DNA of 63,976 bases, filler included, from Dugesia japonica (lineage: Eukaryota): the NCBI GenBank assembly GCA_001938525.1. It is 7 parts of 7 records of this genome, joined end to end, with 100 filler letters (N's around TTAATTAATTAA, not from the genome) between each part and the next. Parts side by side here need not be neighbours in the genome. Positions count along the whole stretch, not along the records: positions 1 to 9,357 come from MQRL01295873.1; positions 9,458 to 18,347 come from MQRL01609631.1; 5 more parts are not named here. The stretch is one strand, 5' to 3'. Position numbers and translations under genes: made by a program. A model generated the notes under the pieces. The model had not been told where the DNA came from, ran no database searches, and worked only from the letters and a program-made list of their open reading frames with translations. Each line of letters begins with the position of its first letter. Within the stretch, counting starts at the first letter, position 1. Positions 1 to 13,180 of the stretch are shown in pieces.

Positions 1-862
1 TTGATTCAATAATTTTACAAATAATTAAACAGCTAGCTGTACATCGAAATACACATTTAAAACAAACTTTATTCCAATAAATTTATTCGTTTACATCTTT
101 ATAATTATAATTATCAGACGAAACAAATTTTCTGGAAATATGCCAGGAATTATTTTTAGTTTTATTTTTTGAATAATTAAACAATACAAAAATTACATTT
201 GATATTTAAAATGAACCTGTTAAAAATCAATAATTTAAGATTTATTTTATTAAAATATATTTATTTTTATTTAAATCGTTAAAAATTATTATTTTTTTAA
301 TAAAACATTTTGTCGAAATTGTTCATTTTATCAATTAATTTTCTTTTCAATTATTATTTCTTTTAAAATTTTCAACATAGGAAATATTTAAAAAAAATTC
401 ATAATTTTCGTTTAGATATTTTTATTTATATTTTCATAATTGCACAAAAATATACACAATATTTGATGATCTCCTTTACAATTTTATTTACCATTCTATT
501 GTTTTCTTTATTTACAGAATCAGAATTTAATGGTTAAATCGATCAATTATTTAGTTATTTAAACAATCTTTATAAATCAAAGAATAAAACTTTCAATATT
601 AAAAATATAAATATTGTTTTCAAAATTAAAATATTTCTCCAGATTTATAGAGAAATATTGTATCCATTTCATTAAACGTAGATGAAATAACGTGAAACTT
701 AACAAGAGAAATTACAGAATCACACGCCACTATACATCATTTGATACAAAAAAAATATTCTATTTATTATAAATATTAAACTAAATTAGGCGATTTTCTG
801 GGTTTTTATCTATTTATTTAATAATAAATTGAAATTTTATTGACATGATAACATAACTACTC

Positions 863-1359
863 ACCAGCAATTTCTTCATCGTCATCAAATAAACAAGCAT
901 TATGGTCAAACATTCCGTTAGTGTCGATCAAGGATGAATGCTTTTTATTTTCTTTTAAAGCTTTTGCAAAATTTTTATTCGATTTACGAATTTTAATTTG
1001 AACGTTATCAATAGGTCGCTGATCAGGTCCAGAATGTTCTCTAGATCTTGGAATTGGTATTTCTGATGATCTTTTTTCTAAGCTACTGCTATTATCTTTA
1101 TAAAGAAAGTAACGTAACCGATTTGAAGTCAATAATGAAAAATATAAATTACCACTGTTACTACAATTCATGTCTGGATATAAAATTGAATAGCTAAATG
1201 ATGTTGTATCAGTATTTGTGTCTACTGAATCGCGTTTTATTTTAAAATTAGTTCTGAAATCTTCATTTGATTCTTGACAAGATTTTAAAAAATTTTCAAA
1301 AGATTCTGTGAAAACGTTATTTTGTGTAATACTAATTTCAAATTCAAAATGCCCTTTGC
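863..1359 (-). CDS. Probable internal exon of an unidentified host gene
   Basis: Open frame of about 165 codons (GKGHFEFEISIT...FDDDEEIAG) bounded by a ttag acceptor and a GTGAGT donor on the minus strand; no recognisable domain. Confidence 0.4.
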
Positions 1360-2456
1360 CTAATTTAATAACTAATTAATTATGTACATTTATTAATAAT
1401 GATCAATAATAATAAATAATAATAATGAATAATAATAATTAATAATAATAATTATAATTAATAATTATAATAAATAATAGTTGATATAGACGTTTTCTGT
1501 AAAATACAAAATTTAGATTTTATCACAATTTATTCCTAATAAAGAAGTTGTTTTAATCCTTTTGCTTATTTAAACAAAATAAATATTTTTATATAGCAGA
1601 AACAATTTGAAAAATCAATTCGGCTATTTGGAATATTGGGTATCGATAACGGAAAATCGTATTACCGTGAACTCTAGTGAATTCCCAAAATAATATTGTT
1701 ATTTTTGCAATTCTCTATAATAATGCTTATATTTATTTTCCATTAATGACATATGATGTAAGAAAAATGAACCAACTTATCGTATTTTATTGAACATTTG
1801 GTTCTCAATGGAGATAAATAAAGGGATAGTTTGTATTTGAAATATATTCAAATTGAGGCTTTTCACTGACAGCAGTGTCCAATGGAAATTCGATTGTATC
1901 GTTATTTTAGAAATTTTAATTCCCTACATTTAAAGAAATTTGAAAAAAACATGTTTTATTAATTTTAGGTTTTAATTTTAGAAATTAAACAAGTTTTTTA
2001 ATAACATTAAAAAATACAAAAATTATTTAGTGTGATGTTTGGCAATTGTTTTCTTGAACCATGCCTCTGAAATCTGGTGTAAATATAAAATATGGTTAAG
2101 AGGCGAGTCCATATCAATAAAATAGATTTATAGTTTCCAGGATAATCGATCNTGCTTTGAAGTAAAAGCACATCTACAAACAGGCTAATCTGCTATTATG
2201 AGCACTTATCAAATCTTCCCAACATTTATTTGTTTTACTTACAAAATATTAATAAAATAAAATTGTTTCTGTATCCTGTTTTCTATGGCAACATATGCTT
2301 GACTTAATTATTATTTTCTTATAAACTGCTTTGGATTTTTATGACGTATACATGATAACGGTAAAAAATATATTGTACCTGAACTAGCAATTTTCTTTTA
2401 CAATTGCAATTATTGCGAGAATAATTGTTGGACATAACCATTGATAGTTTTATAGA

Positions 2457-2654
2457 ATTCATTTAATATAAAAGCTTTTATCAAAATTTTGGTTTTTTAT
2501 TGATATTGAATAACAATTCGATTGTCGACCTTGTCTTCGACAGGAATTGACTTTTTTTCCATTCCTAACGAATCCAATGTCGAAATATCGAATTGTTATC
2601 CAATATCAATAAAAAAAACCAAAATTTTGATCAAAGCTTTTATATTAAATGAAT
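2457..2654. mobile_element. Foldback/MITE-like element with ~65-70 bp terminal inverted repeats
   Basis: attcatttaatataaaagcttttatcaaaattttggttttttattgatattgaataacaattcgat is mirrored near-perfectly by atcgaattgttatccaatatcaataaaaaaaaccaaaattttgatcaaagcttttatattaaatgaat. Confidence 0.65.
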
Positions 2655-3163
2655 AGCAATTTTCTCTTCTGATATGCAAATACGTACGTTATATCTTGAA
2701 AATTTAATGTCAATATGTCTTTTAACGTACACTTTTGATGACATGTCACAAACTTTATCGAGTTTAAAAACAAAGATTATAAAAATTTATGAGTATTGGC
2801 TTAAAATTTCTTTCTAATTTTTCTTTGTAATCTTAAACGGGAAATCGTTAAAAATTTCAGAGAATGGACAGGAAGTCATTTCTGATTGGCAATTCTATTC
2901 TTTTAATAGACCTAGGGTAAATTTTGTAATATATTTTAAGTGTTTTTAAGATTTTTAATTTTATTTTTATATTTAAAAATATTTAGGATTAGAAATACGT
3001 TTCTTATAAAATTTTGCTAACTATAAAAAATTTTTCTGTTCTAGGTAATTGTTTTGAATTAAATACCTAAACATTGATTTGATTATAAGAATAATTTGTT
3101 TAAATAAATAATATAATATGAATAAATAATAAATAGAAAGTTTAATAGTTATTGAAACAATTA

Positions 3164-3799
<636 letters not shown>

Positions 3800-5076
3800 A
3801 TTAAGATAACTTTTTTTATCACAAACTTTTGTAATACTTCATTTCTCATAAAATTAAAACCAAATTTATCTTTAGTACATTTTCACTTTACAACAAAAAG
3901 TGTAAATGTACACTTCTAAATTTATTTCTGGATAATCATTTGTATTAATATGTCTTAGAAATGATTTATTAAAAAATTTTATCGTTAGATTTAATCTTAC
4001 AACTAATATTAAATATATTGCTTTAAATTTTTCGTTTTAAATAGGATTTCAATTAGACATTTATTTTAATTTTTCTGTAGACTTTTTTGAAAATAAAATA
4101 CAAAAATTATTTTAAATTTCTGCATACTTATTATTTTGTAAATACATTTATAAAGACATTAATATCGTAGCAATTATAAAATATTATATAATACTATATT
4201 ATTAGAAATAGAAATAATTTTAGAATTTATTTTAATTAATATAAATTCTTATTATTTCTCTAATAACTGGATAAATCAAAACGTAAATCTCTGAGGAAGA
4301 CTATCGTCGAAAATTATGATTGCTAACAAAAACTAAAAAACATCATTTTGATATAAGCTTTTTAATTTATGGAAACTTTAAAAGTTCATTTCCATAATGC
4401 AAACAAAATAAAAGAAAAACGTTCATTTAATGATAAATTTGAACTGGATTATTAAATGTGTAATATATGCTATGTAAATAATAAGTTGTAAGCAATCATA
4501 AAACATTATATTCGCCAGCCAATTCCTTACGATTGTATTAGGTTTGGACAGCCCTGACTTAAATCAATGATAATATTATATAATATTTCGTGAATTAGTA
4601 AATTGAAAATTAAATTAATTAAATAATATAGAAAGTAAATAATGATATAACAAAGAATAATTTTTTCCCATTATAAAACTATGCTTTGGAAGAAATGAAA
4701 TAATGATATTAAAGGTTTTATTTCATTAATTAATAAATAAATATTTTACTTTTCTGTAATTTAGAATTAGATTTGATTATTAACTCTTTAACTTTATCAC
4801 AGTTTGTATCGTTGATATCAATTGAATTTATGTTTCCAGTTGTCCATTCACAAATGAATTTATTGCCGTCAGCTGGTTCCCCAATTAGACACAACCGCAT
4901 CGACTGAACATGCAAATTACCTTGAATACCCGAATTTATCTTATTAAAAAGGCCACTCGTTTCTGATACTTTTTTTAGAGTTACATGAAAATTAGCACCT
5001 AAATAAATGAAATTATTTCTTAAATGAAACATGGTTCTTGATAAAATAAAAATTTGCGATCAAGTATGCAGTTAAA

Positions 5077-5275
5077 CCCTTTAGCTCCTCCAAGCGTGTT
5101 AATTTGCAGTGTTTTTAAATAACTCATTGTTCAACACGACCTTTTTACGTTCGGTGCCTATTACCCACGATCCCGTTATATGTGAATGAAGTGATGTTGT
5201 GCTTTTAGTGAAGTAAGAAAGGAATTTTGTGCACAGCTAGCACAAAATATCAAAACTTATTGAGCAGTAAAAGGG
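5077..5275. mobile_element. Small MITE-like element, possibly piggyBac-type
   Basis: Imperfect TIRs ccctttagctcctc / gagcagtaaaaggg flanked by ttaaa / tttaa. Confidence 0.35.
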
Positions 5276-8200
5276 TTTAAAATTGGAAAAATTTAAAGTC
5301 TCAAAATTTGAAAAGAATATTTACAAATTGTATGAATTTCTAATTTAAACATGTGTGAATAATATTGCCCTGTTTTTCCATTAAAAGCTAGTGACTTAGT
5401 AGAGTTTACTGAGCAAAAATGTGGTTAGTATGGAGTAGTGACCTAATAGATTGTGGTGGTTTAATAAAAAAAAGAATAAAAATAAAATAAAATTTTAAAA
5501 AAAAGATTTATTATTTATTAGAATTACTATTTGCCATTTTAAAACATAACAATTCACTTATCATCAAAGGAAATTCATAAGTGAAGTATTATGTTTTGAA
5601 ATGACAAATAGTATTACTAAATCAGAATCTATTCATGAAAAGAATTGTAAAATCTCTTTCAGGTGATTAATTTACAAAATATTTTAAACATTTTCAATAT
5701 TTAAGAAAAATCAACATGTATCAAATTTATAATAAATAGAATATTTATAAACTAATTCAATACGCCACAGTACTTAAAACTAAAAGAATAATAATAACTT
5801 TAGGATACTTGGCCAAATACAAAACACTTATTCTTCCAACCCAAGTTCTTAAACAAAAAAACGCAAAATATAAAAACATCAAGTAATTCTCAACCACCAC
5901 TTAATAAGCACAAGTTCAAACTTTTAAACAGTTTAAGGATGTGGGCTCGCTAACGAAAACTTTTCAACGAGATGCAAAAGAACCATGTATCAGTTGCTCA
6001 ATATTTTGTTAAATTTTAATGCGTTTACGTTATTTTCATATTTATAGAAGTAACATAATAAATCCTTTACTTAACTTTTATTGCTAACGTCGTAGAAAAA
6101 GTAAAAAAGCCTTTTCAGCAAAACTCAATGAGCTAAAACATTAAATAAATGTGGATGAGATAGAAGACTTGAAAACATATTTCTAAAACGGTTACAATAA
6201 AATATCTGTTAAAAAATTAACAAGAATCATAAAAAAATATAAAACACTTAGTTATAATTCCTACATTCAACCATTTTACTAACATCATAAAAAGGTATTA
6301 TCTGCCAAATATATTAAATAAATATTTCTTTCGATCAAAGCCCAATTGTAAGTTTTGGTTTTCTACAAGTTTATGTTTTGGATGACTATGTTGAGTGTGT
6401 GCATAATGTTTTGCTACATCGAGTGACACTGTAATGATAATAATGCAAGTATATTAAAATAATTAATATAAAGATACAATCTATTATAAATAATAGAGAC
6501 GATAAATATTATAGTTAATATTATTAGCAAAAGTTTGACTGACATAATTATTTTTTCCATTCTCTAATATATTAGTAATATTTTCTTAGTGATTACAAGC
6601 AATTTAATTTTTTCTTTATAATAAATTTCTTTTTTAATATTTTTTGAATCTTTATTTAAGGCAATTTATACCTAGGAAAAATTTTATTTTATACCATAAT
6701 TTAATCGATACTAATCACATTTTAATTGATTTAGCCCATATTTACTTTTTTTTATAATAGCAATTAAGTTTCTTTACGAAAATTTTATTTTAAAGTTTTC
6801 TAAAAATATAAAATATTTGTTGAACTAAATACCTTACTATAATTATATTGAATAACCAGAAAAGCCAGCACTATAACAAAATAGTGAAGGTATTAAAATA
6901 CTATTGCAAAAAATGCAGAAGTAAACCAAACACATAAGATAAAAGAACCCCAAAAATGACACCTGAAAGATTAAAAGTTAATGATAAATGAAATGCTAGA
7001 ATTAACAAAGAGAAACCAAAATAGTGTGAAAAGCAAAACTACGACCTATAACCAACAAGATCAAATAAAACAAAAGTAACAAAGTAATTCCAAAAATTAA
7101 GAAAACAATCAACAAACTGAAAGTGAAATCAAATTACATTGTATAAAAACATAAAAGAAAACTGTCATGAAGTTGAAAATAATAATCAACTAGAACAGAT
7201 CGGAAACTATTACGGAATAGCGTGTCAGGAAAAAACAAATGTTTAACGAAGAAAATACAGAAAATGAGAAAATAGAAAAATCATTTAATAATTGATAAAT
7301 ATTAACTAAAACAGAGGATAATTATTTTAGAAAATAAATTAAATAAATGGGAAAGAAGTAAATGCACCACAATAATGAATTTATTTGAATAAAGAAATGG
7401 TTAACAAATTAAGAAAATAAAAATGAGGATTAAAGTAGAAGAAATGATTTAATTTATAAATAAACAAATTTAATTATTAATTTTGAAGGAAAATCATCAA
7501 AAATGATCAATTCTATTGTAAAAATTGCAGGACAATAAAATGATGTAATATAACATGCAGAATATAAAACAAATGATAGAAATCTGGAAGACCTTCTACT
7601 AGTGAAAAAAGTAAAAATAACTAATTGGAAATCACCACAATAAAGTGATATTTTTAACTAGTCAGTAGCTTCTAATAGAGAAATTTTATATTAGCCAATA
7701 CATTTTTCATACTTCCATGTTTAAAAAGGTTAAGGTTAATTATTCTATCTTATTTATAATTGAACAGACTAACTTGCTGTCTAGATTTTTACGTCAAATT
7801 ATGTTCGTAGTCAAATTTTTAAATATCATTGCATATCATCTCAAATATCATTGAATTCCAGAGTTAGTGGGACCCTTGTCATATGAATAAACCGATGACG
7901 CTCGAATTTTTTTTTATCTAATCTGTTTTTGACGAGTTATGTCTATAAATTTTATTGAAATTAATAATGAAACAGTAATGAAAAGTAAAATTTTTACTAA
8001 TTTTTGTGATTATCTCAAATAAACTTTAATTTAATATTAATATCTTTTAGTAAAGTCAAACTTGTATTGAATCATATTAAAGTTTTATGATTATTTTAAG
8101 TAATCATTAATTTAGTAGCTATCATTCATAAAAAAATTTAATTGAATAGTAATTTTTAATAGATAATAAATATTTAATAGTTATTAATAGTGATTAACTA

Positions 8201-9026
8201 GAATAACACACACGTTGCAATAATAAGTTACTCCAGCTTTTTAATGTGTTTATGTTAGTTGCCAAGATATTTAATTTGATGACAACANAGAAGATAAAAC
8301 GAATGAAAAGGCGACGTAAATTGTAAAATGCATCAAAGTCACAAGATTCTTCTGGTCCAAAAACAAACTAATACACTTAATCAAAACTATTAAATCCAGC
8401 ATTTCTTGTTTCTATTATCTAATGTAAATTATCATATTATCTCCATTTTAATTGTCTTCATATTTGGAGCTGACTTCAATCATCTGACGAAATGAGTGTA
8501 AATTCCAATCAGGATCAGAATAATCTTCAATTATTTGGCAATAGACCGTACATTCGCCAAGAACAGAGCTACAATTCCTAATGGGTAATGAAAAGTAATT
8601 CGCTAGAACTAACTTGCTATGCACTTTCTAATCATTGCGGAAAAATCACCAAAAATAAAATTTCAAAAAATGACTCTTTGGAACCCAACCATAATTTTAT
8701 AACTTCTTATTTCTTAAGAAATAAGAAACAATATCGCTACAAAAATTAAGTATTAAAAGAAATTCTACTAATTCGAGTGTTATAGAAATCGTTTCAGTGG
8801 AGAAAAAAGCATCAATCACTGTTAATAGAAATCAATCATTGGCGACAAGAGCGAATGACATCATTCAAATCAAAATTGGTTTCTTTCAAGCTAGCACAAT
8901 ATTTCCTAATTGTTATTTCTCGGAAATAAAATTTATCATAGAAACCTGTTTTAGCCGCTGAATGACACTTAAGCTACGATTAATGCTAAGGTCAATAATA
9001 ATGGATCTATTATCTAAATGGAAAAG

Positions 9027-9357
9027 AGTAGGGGGATAGAAGCGCATTACGGCAATTTTTTTAGCAGACCCCCCGGGGGGGCTCGGAAACACGTAACGAT
9101 GAGGGTATGATTTTTGGGATCAATTTTTTTTGATCGGATCAGATTTTTGGGATCAAATTTTTTTTTTGATCAGATCAGATTTTTTTTGATCGGATCAGAT
9201 TTTTGGGATCAATTTTTTTTGATCAGATCAAATTTTTTTATCTTTTTAATATCTTTTTTTACGTTTTTTTAAAGAATTTTTTTGGCGGAAATTCAAAAAG
9301 AAATATTTTTGGTCGGAAATTCAAAAAAATTTTTTTGGTGGGAAATTCAAAAAAAAA
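9027..9357 (+). mobile_element. Probable Maverick/Polinton-type terminal inverted repeat with subterminal tandem repeats
   Basis: Starts AGTAG; GC-rich head (atag-aagcgca...gcagacccccc...acgtaacga) shared with 28329-28400 on the minus strand; followed by tttttgatcggatcaga and ggaaattcaaaaa repeats up to the contig end. Confidence 0.45.
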
Positions 9358-9457
9358 NNNNNNNNNNNNNNNNNNNNNNNNNNNNNNNNNNNNNNNNNNN
9401 NTTAATTAATTAANNNNNNNNNNNNNNNNNNNNNNNNNNNNNNNNNNNNNNNNNNNN
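9358..9457. other. Artificial contig linker (N-TTAATTAATTAA-N)
   Basis: 100-nt spacer with a palindrome giving stops in all six frames; the same spacer occurs at 18348-18447, 28229-28328, 38247-38346, 46920-47019 and 55688-55787. Confidence 0.97.
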
Positions 9458-10133
9458 CGCTTATTTTTTGTTTAAAATTAATTAATTTTCTTGTATTAAT
9501 TAATTATTTTTTATTATTGTTTTTCTGGTTGTTTCTTTTAACGTTATTAATAATTTTAATTGTTGATCAATAATGGTTCATTTCTTCTACACCTTCTTCA
9601 TTGCATGTTCCTTTCTTTTTTATTACCACCTTTATGAACTTTTATTACTTTTCCCGGCCTATTTTCTACTTTAGTGGGTGTTCCACCCCAACAGAATTAT
9701 TATAAAATTTTACGTAATCGATCCGGAACCTTCTCCTGGTAATGAAAAATAGAAAAATTGATGTGCGATCAATTGGAGATCAGTATGGCTAAAACATTTT
9801 CATTGGTTGATGTTAGATTGTAAAAATCTTCTTGACAGTTTTTATTTGTTGATACATTTTATTGGTTTTCTCTTCGTGTAATTGAGCTGTGTGTGGATGA
9901 TGGAGTATATAAACGATTTGAATTTTTGTAAATATTTGCAACATTTTGCCCAAAAAAAATTATTGTGTATTTGGCGTCAATTTTAATAAAACTTATTCGA
10001 ACAATTTGTTTGTTTAAATTAATTTTTTATTCTGCAAAACGGACTTTTATCTGATCAATGGAGTCAGATAAATTATTCATAGTCAATTACTTTAACATAT
10101 TCAAGCTTATTCTTGGAAAACACCCAACAAAAC

Positions 10134-10151
10134 TCGTGAGCCCGACGTGAT
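10134..10151 (+). promoter_or_regulatory. Primer-binding site, tRNA-Trp type, just after a probable 5' LTR end (...cccaaCA at 10129)
   Basis: tcgtgagcccgacgtgat matches the tRNA-Trp PBS tggtgaccccgacgtgat at 16/18 positions; it lies 4 nt after CAACA and upstream of gag. Confidence 0.75.
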
Positions 10152-10232
10152 AGGTAATTGCGGAAACCAAAAAATTATTTATCAATTGTTAACTTATCAA
10201 AGTTCCAGTGCCAAGAAACAAGAAAAAGCGAT

Positions 10233-11270
10233 ATGTCTCAGGATGACAGTATAATTTAAGAAATCGAGAAATTAAAATTGAAAACGATAGTGATATGAAG
10301 GAAAATGTCAATGTTACTGAAGACGGCAATGTATCTAATGGATCCAATTGTTAGAAATTACCTGTTGCGCAGTACGGAGGAGATTTTGTGAATTTTGTGG
10401 ATTTTATGAGAGATTATTATATGTATAACAAAGCCTATGTATGGCCAGAAAAAATTATGGTAATAAGGTTACCACTTTATTTAAAGGGAGCTGCGAGAGA
10501 CGCATATTGTCAATTAAATGCAGCAAAATTGGATACTTGGGCGCATTGCAAAGATGCACTAGCTGAACGATTAGTTAGTGAAGATGTTGGCAGAATTATG
10601 AGAAAGAAATTCTATAACCGAGTTCAAAATGAAAATGAATCTGTAAATGAATTTGCATTTGATTTAAGCACTTTGTATGAAATAATTAATAGACAATCAC
10701 CAAAAGTTTGAAAGAAACAGCAATTTTCAACAAATATCTCCAAAAAGAACCGTAATATGTTTCAGGTGCCTAGCAAAAGAGCATACTGCTAATCAATGTC
10801 GCACAAAGTTATTCAATGAAGGAAATCGAGAAAGTAGAAGATCAATTAAATGCAATAATTGTGGACGATTAGGAAATTTATCTAGAGATTGCACTGCACC
10901 AAGGTCACGTAGCCCATCAACCTCTCGATCTCCACAAAAAAATCGGCTGAATTTTAAAAGTCAACAACAATGCTATTCACGCAAAAAGTATGGCCACATT
11001 GTAAGATCATGTCCAAATAATGTGGATCGATTTCATAAACCAATATTAAAGAAATCGGTAAAAATTGATAATAATCCTGTAGTAAATGCTACTTTCTCAC
11101 CTGATAATGATTTCAGAGGAAATTTTGAGGCAGAAATGGATGAAATGAGACAAAAATTGGATAGATTCACTACAAATGGCTCGGATAGTGAAAATGATAA
11201 TCTAATGATATTTTTTGAAAATGAAGATGCAGAAATTGATAAAAAGATGCCAGAAAACAATTGTCAAATT
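10233..11270 (+). pseudogene. gag: Ty3/gypsy-type Gag (capsid plus two CCHC zinc knuckles), disrupted
   Basis: RLPLYLKGAARDAY and FYNRVQNENESVNEF (retrotransposon gag/MHR-like); knuckles CNNCGRLGNLSRDC at ~10851 and CYSRKKYGHIVRSC at ~10970. Confidence 0.88.
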
Positions 11271-11299
11271 TCACCCATTATTGACGACGTGGTAGTGGA

Positions 11300-11670
11300 C
11301 AAAGGTCGAATTTTATATCCACATTTGTCGAAAAATATCGAAAATTGCGAGCAAGATATGTAAGAGATCTTAACAATTTTGAAGGAATTAACGAAAATGA
11401 AGTTTCCATTAGAAAAATTGGAAAACGTAATGAGAAAATGTATCTCGAATTTTGGTACTGGAGTAAAGCATATTACTGATATGAGACTCGTTATGGCGAA
11501 AATTGGTCAAGAGATGCAAAGAAATTCTTGGTTAGAAGACATATGTGTAGTTATTGTTAATGAAAATGACGATAAACCTACGAGAAATATTAGTGCCTAC
11601 AGTACTGTTAAAGAACAAACTCAAACGATCAGCGAACTTAAAGGATGGAAAAACGTTAAATTGAAATTTG
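11300..11670 (+). pseudogene. Divergent Bcl-2-like domain, copy A, directly upstream of the env signal peptide
   Basis: ILYPHL...ISELKGWKNV with the same 111-codon LYP-to-GW spacing and the same position relative to env as copy B; one in-frame stop at 11361. Confidence 0.45.
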
Positions 11671-11771
11671 CTAATCAAATATTGAATGATATAGATACTT
11701 ATATTGTGGATATTAGAATGAAAAAGCAAGCCAAGCAAAGAAACACTCTATTTTCAACGAAATTTGGGGGC

Positions 11772-13180
11772 ATCTTACCATGGTTGTTTATAATGATCAT
11801 TATGATTAGCCTGGTTAATAACACATCGTCACTAACCACTTATGACTGTTCACATACCGAATTAGGAAAGTTTTATTCATTAGTCGATGTGGCGGAATGT
11901 CAAGGAGCTTATCCATTGAAACTGAAAACTGAGGAAAATGTACCATATTATATTTATCGGCAGTCAGGTTTTCGTCGGACAATGGTTTGCGAATGTATAG
12001 TGAAACGAACAACTTTTATCTTCTATTGCATAAAGTGGAGTCATTCGTCATTAAAAGATTTTAAATCAATACCAAGGTCAGTGGATATCACACCTGAAAA
12101 TTGTAAATCGGCTTTTCAAACAAAGGAAATTAAAATTAATGCGGAGATTAAACTATCTGCGAAAAAGAATTTTATTATCAGAGAATCATTTACCGTTAAA
12201 GGAAAACTTTTGGAGAATGGAGATTTTGAGGGTGAATCTTAAAAAATTGTGGAAAGTATTGTTGATAAAACAATGATTGTTGAAGAGTATTCAACAGAAT
12301 TACGAGAATTTGAAGGGACGTTTGACGAAGTAACAGGACAAAGGCAAACGCACCCGTTTTGTGACATGTATAGTACTTGTTGTCACACAGGAGAATCTAT
12401 GCCTGTGTATAAAGTAAAAGTAAAGAAGTGTAATTTAGTTCAATTGAAAAGGACAGAATTTACTGAAATAGCTGGGGAACATATTAAAGTCAAACTGGAT
12501 GTTTCTATAGTTCCTAAAAATGAACGTGGTAGACAAATGTCACCTGTCGAAAGAAACCCAACACCTATTGTGCTTGTAACATCAGTAAAAGAGGAAGGAA
12601 TGAGATTTATAAGAAAAGAAACTGTCATAAAATGCGGTTAAACAGTATACGAAACAAATTATAAAGGTGTATATGTGTCCAAATCAAGAATTGAAGATGC
12701 TAAGGAGAATATACATATTCCGGAAATCAAATTAGCGCAATATTTTAATAATAATATAGTCTTTATTTTTCATTTTCAAATTGGAACAATATCAAATTTA
12801 TATCGGGAAATAATATTAAATGATTGTAAATTGAACAGAGAAATTTTACAAAGTCGGATGACAATGGTAATGACAAACCCAAATGTGGTTGCACCCATGC
12901 TTATTGATGAGAATGGGATATTTGCTAGAGTCTTGGGGGAAGCATTGTATAGGTATAAATGTAAAGAGATACCGGTTAAAATCATAAAATATGATGAATG
13001 TACGAACAAATTGCCAGTTAATGTAGATGGAACATTGAGATTTATGGAACCTATAACAAGAGTGTTAATAGATAAAGATTCAAAGCCAAAGAAATTAGAA
13101 TGCAATCGGGTGTTAGCACCTTTAAACAAATTAGCTCCTGATACTTGGATATCATTTCCAGGCAGAAAACAATTAGAGCC
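11772..13180 (+). pseudogene. env: Envelope glycoprotein, chuvirus-G / herpes gB-like class III fusogen, copy A (C-terminally truncated)
   Basis: Signal peptide ILPWLFIMIIMISLVNNTSS, then LTTYDCS...YSLVDVAEC, ECIVKRTTFIFYCIKWSHSS, NDCKLNREIL and GIFARVLGEALYRYKCKEIPVK...ECTNKLPV...FMEPITRVL...C; single frame with stops at 12240 and 12639. Confidence 0.8.

Noticed and set aside
4730-5032. 100-aa minus-strand ORF
   Set aside because: No recognisable domain or clear splice context; cannot support a call.
5750-7650. A-rich stretches that look like decayed LINE/Penelope coding sequence
   Set aside because: No motif could be recovered with confidence.
9110-9357. Short repeats resembling a CRISPR array
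   Set aside because: No unique spacers, eukaryotic context and no cas genes; these are subterminal tandem repeats.
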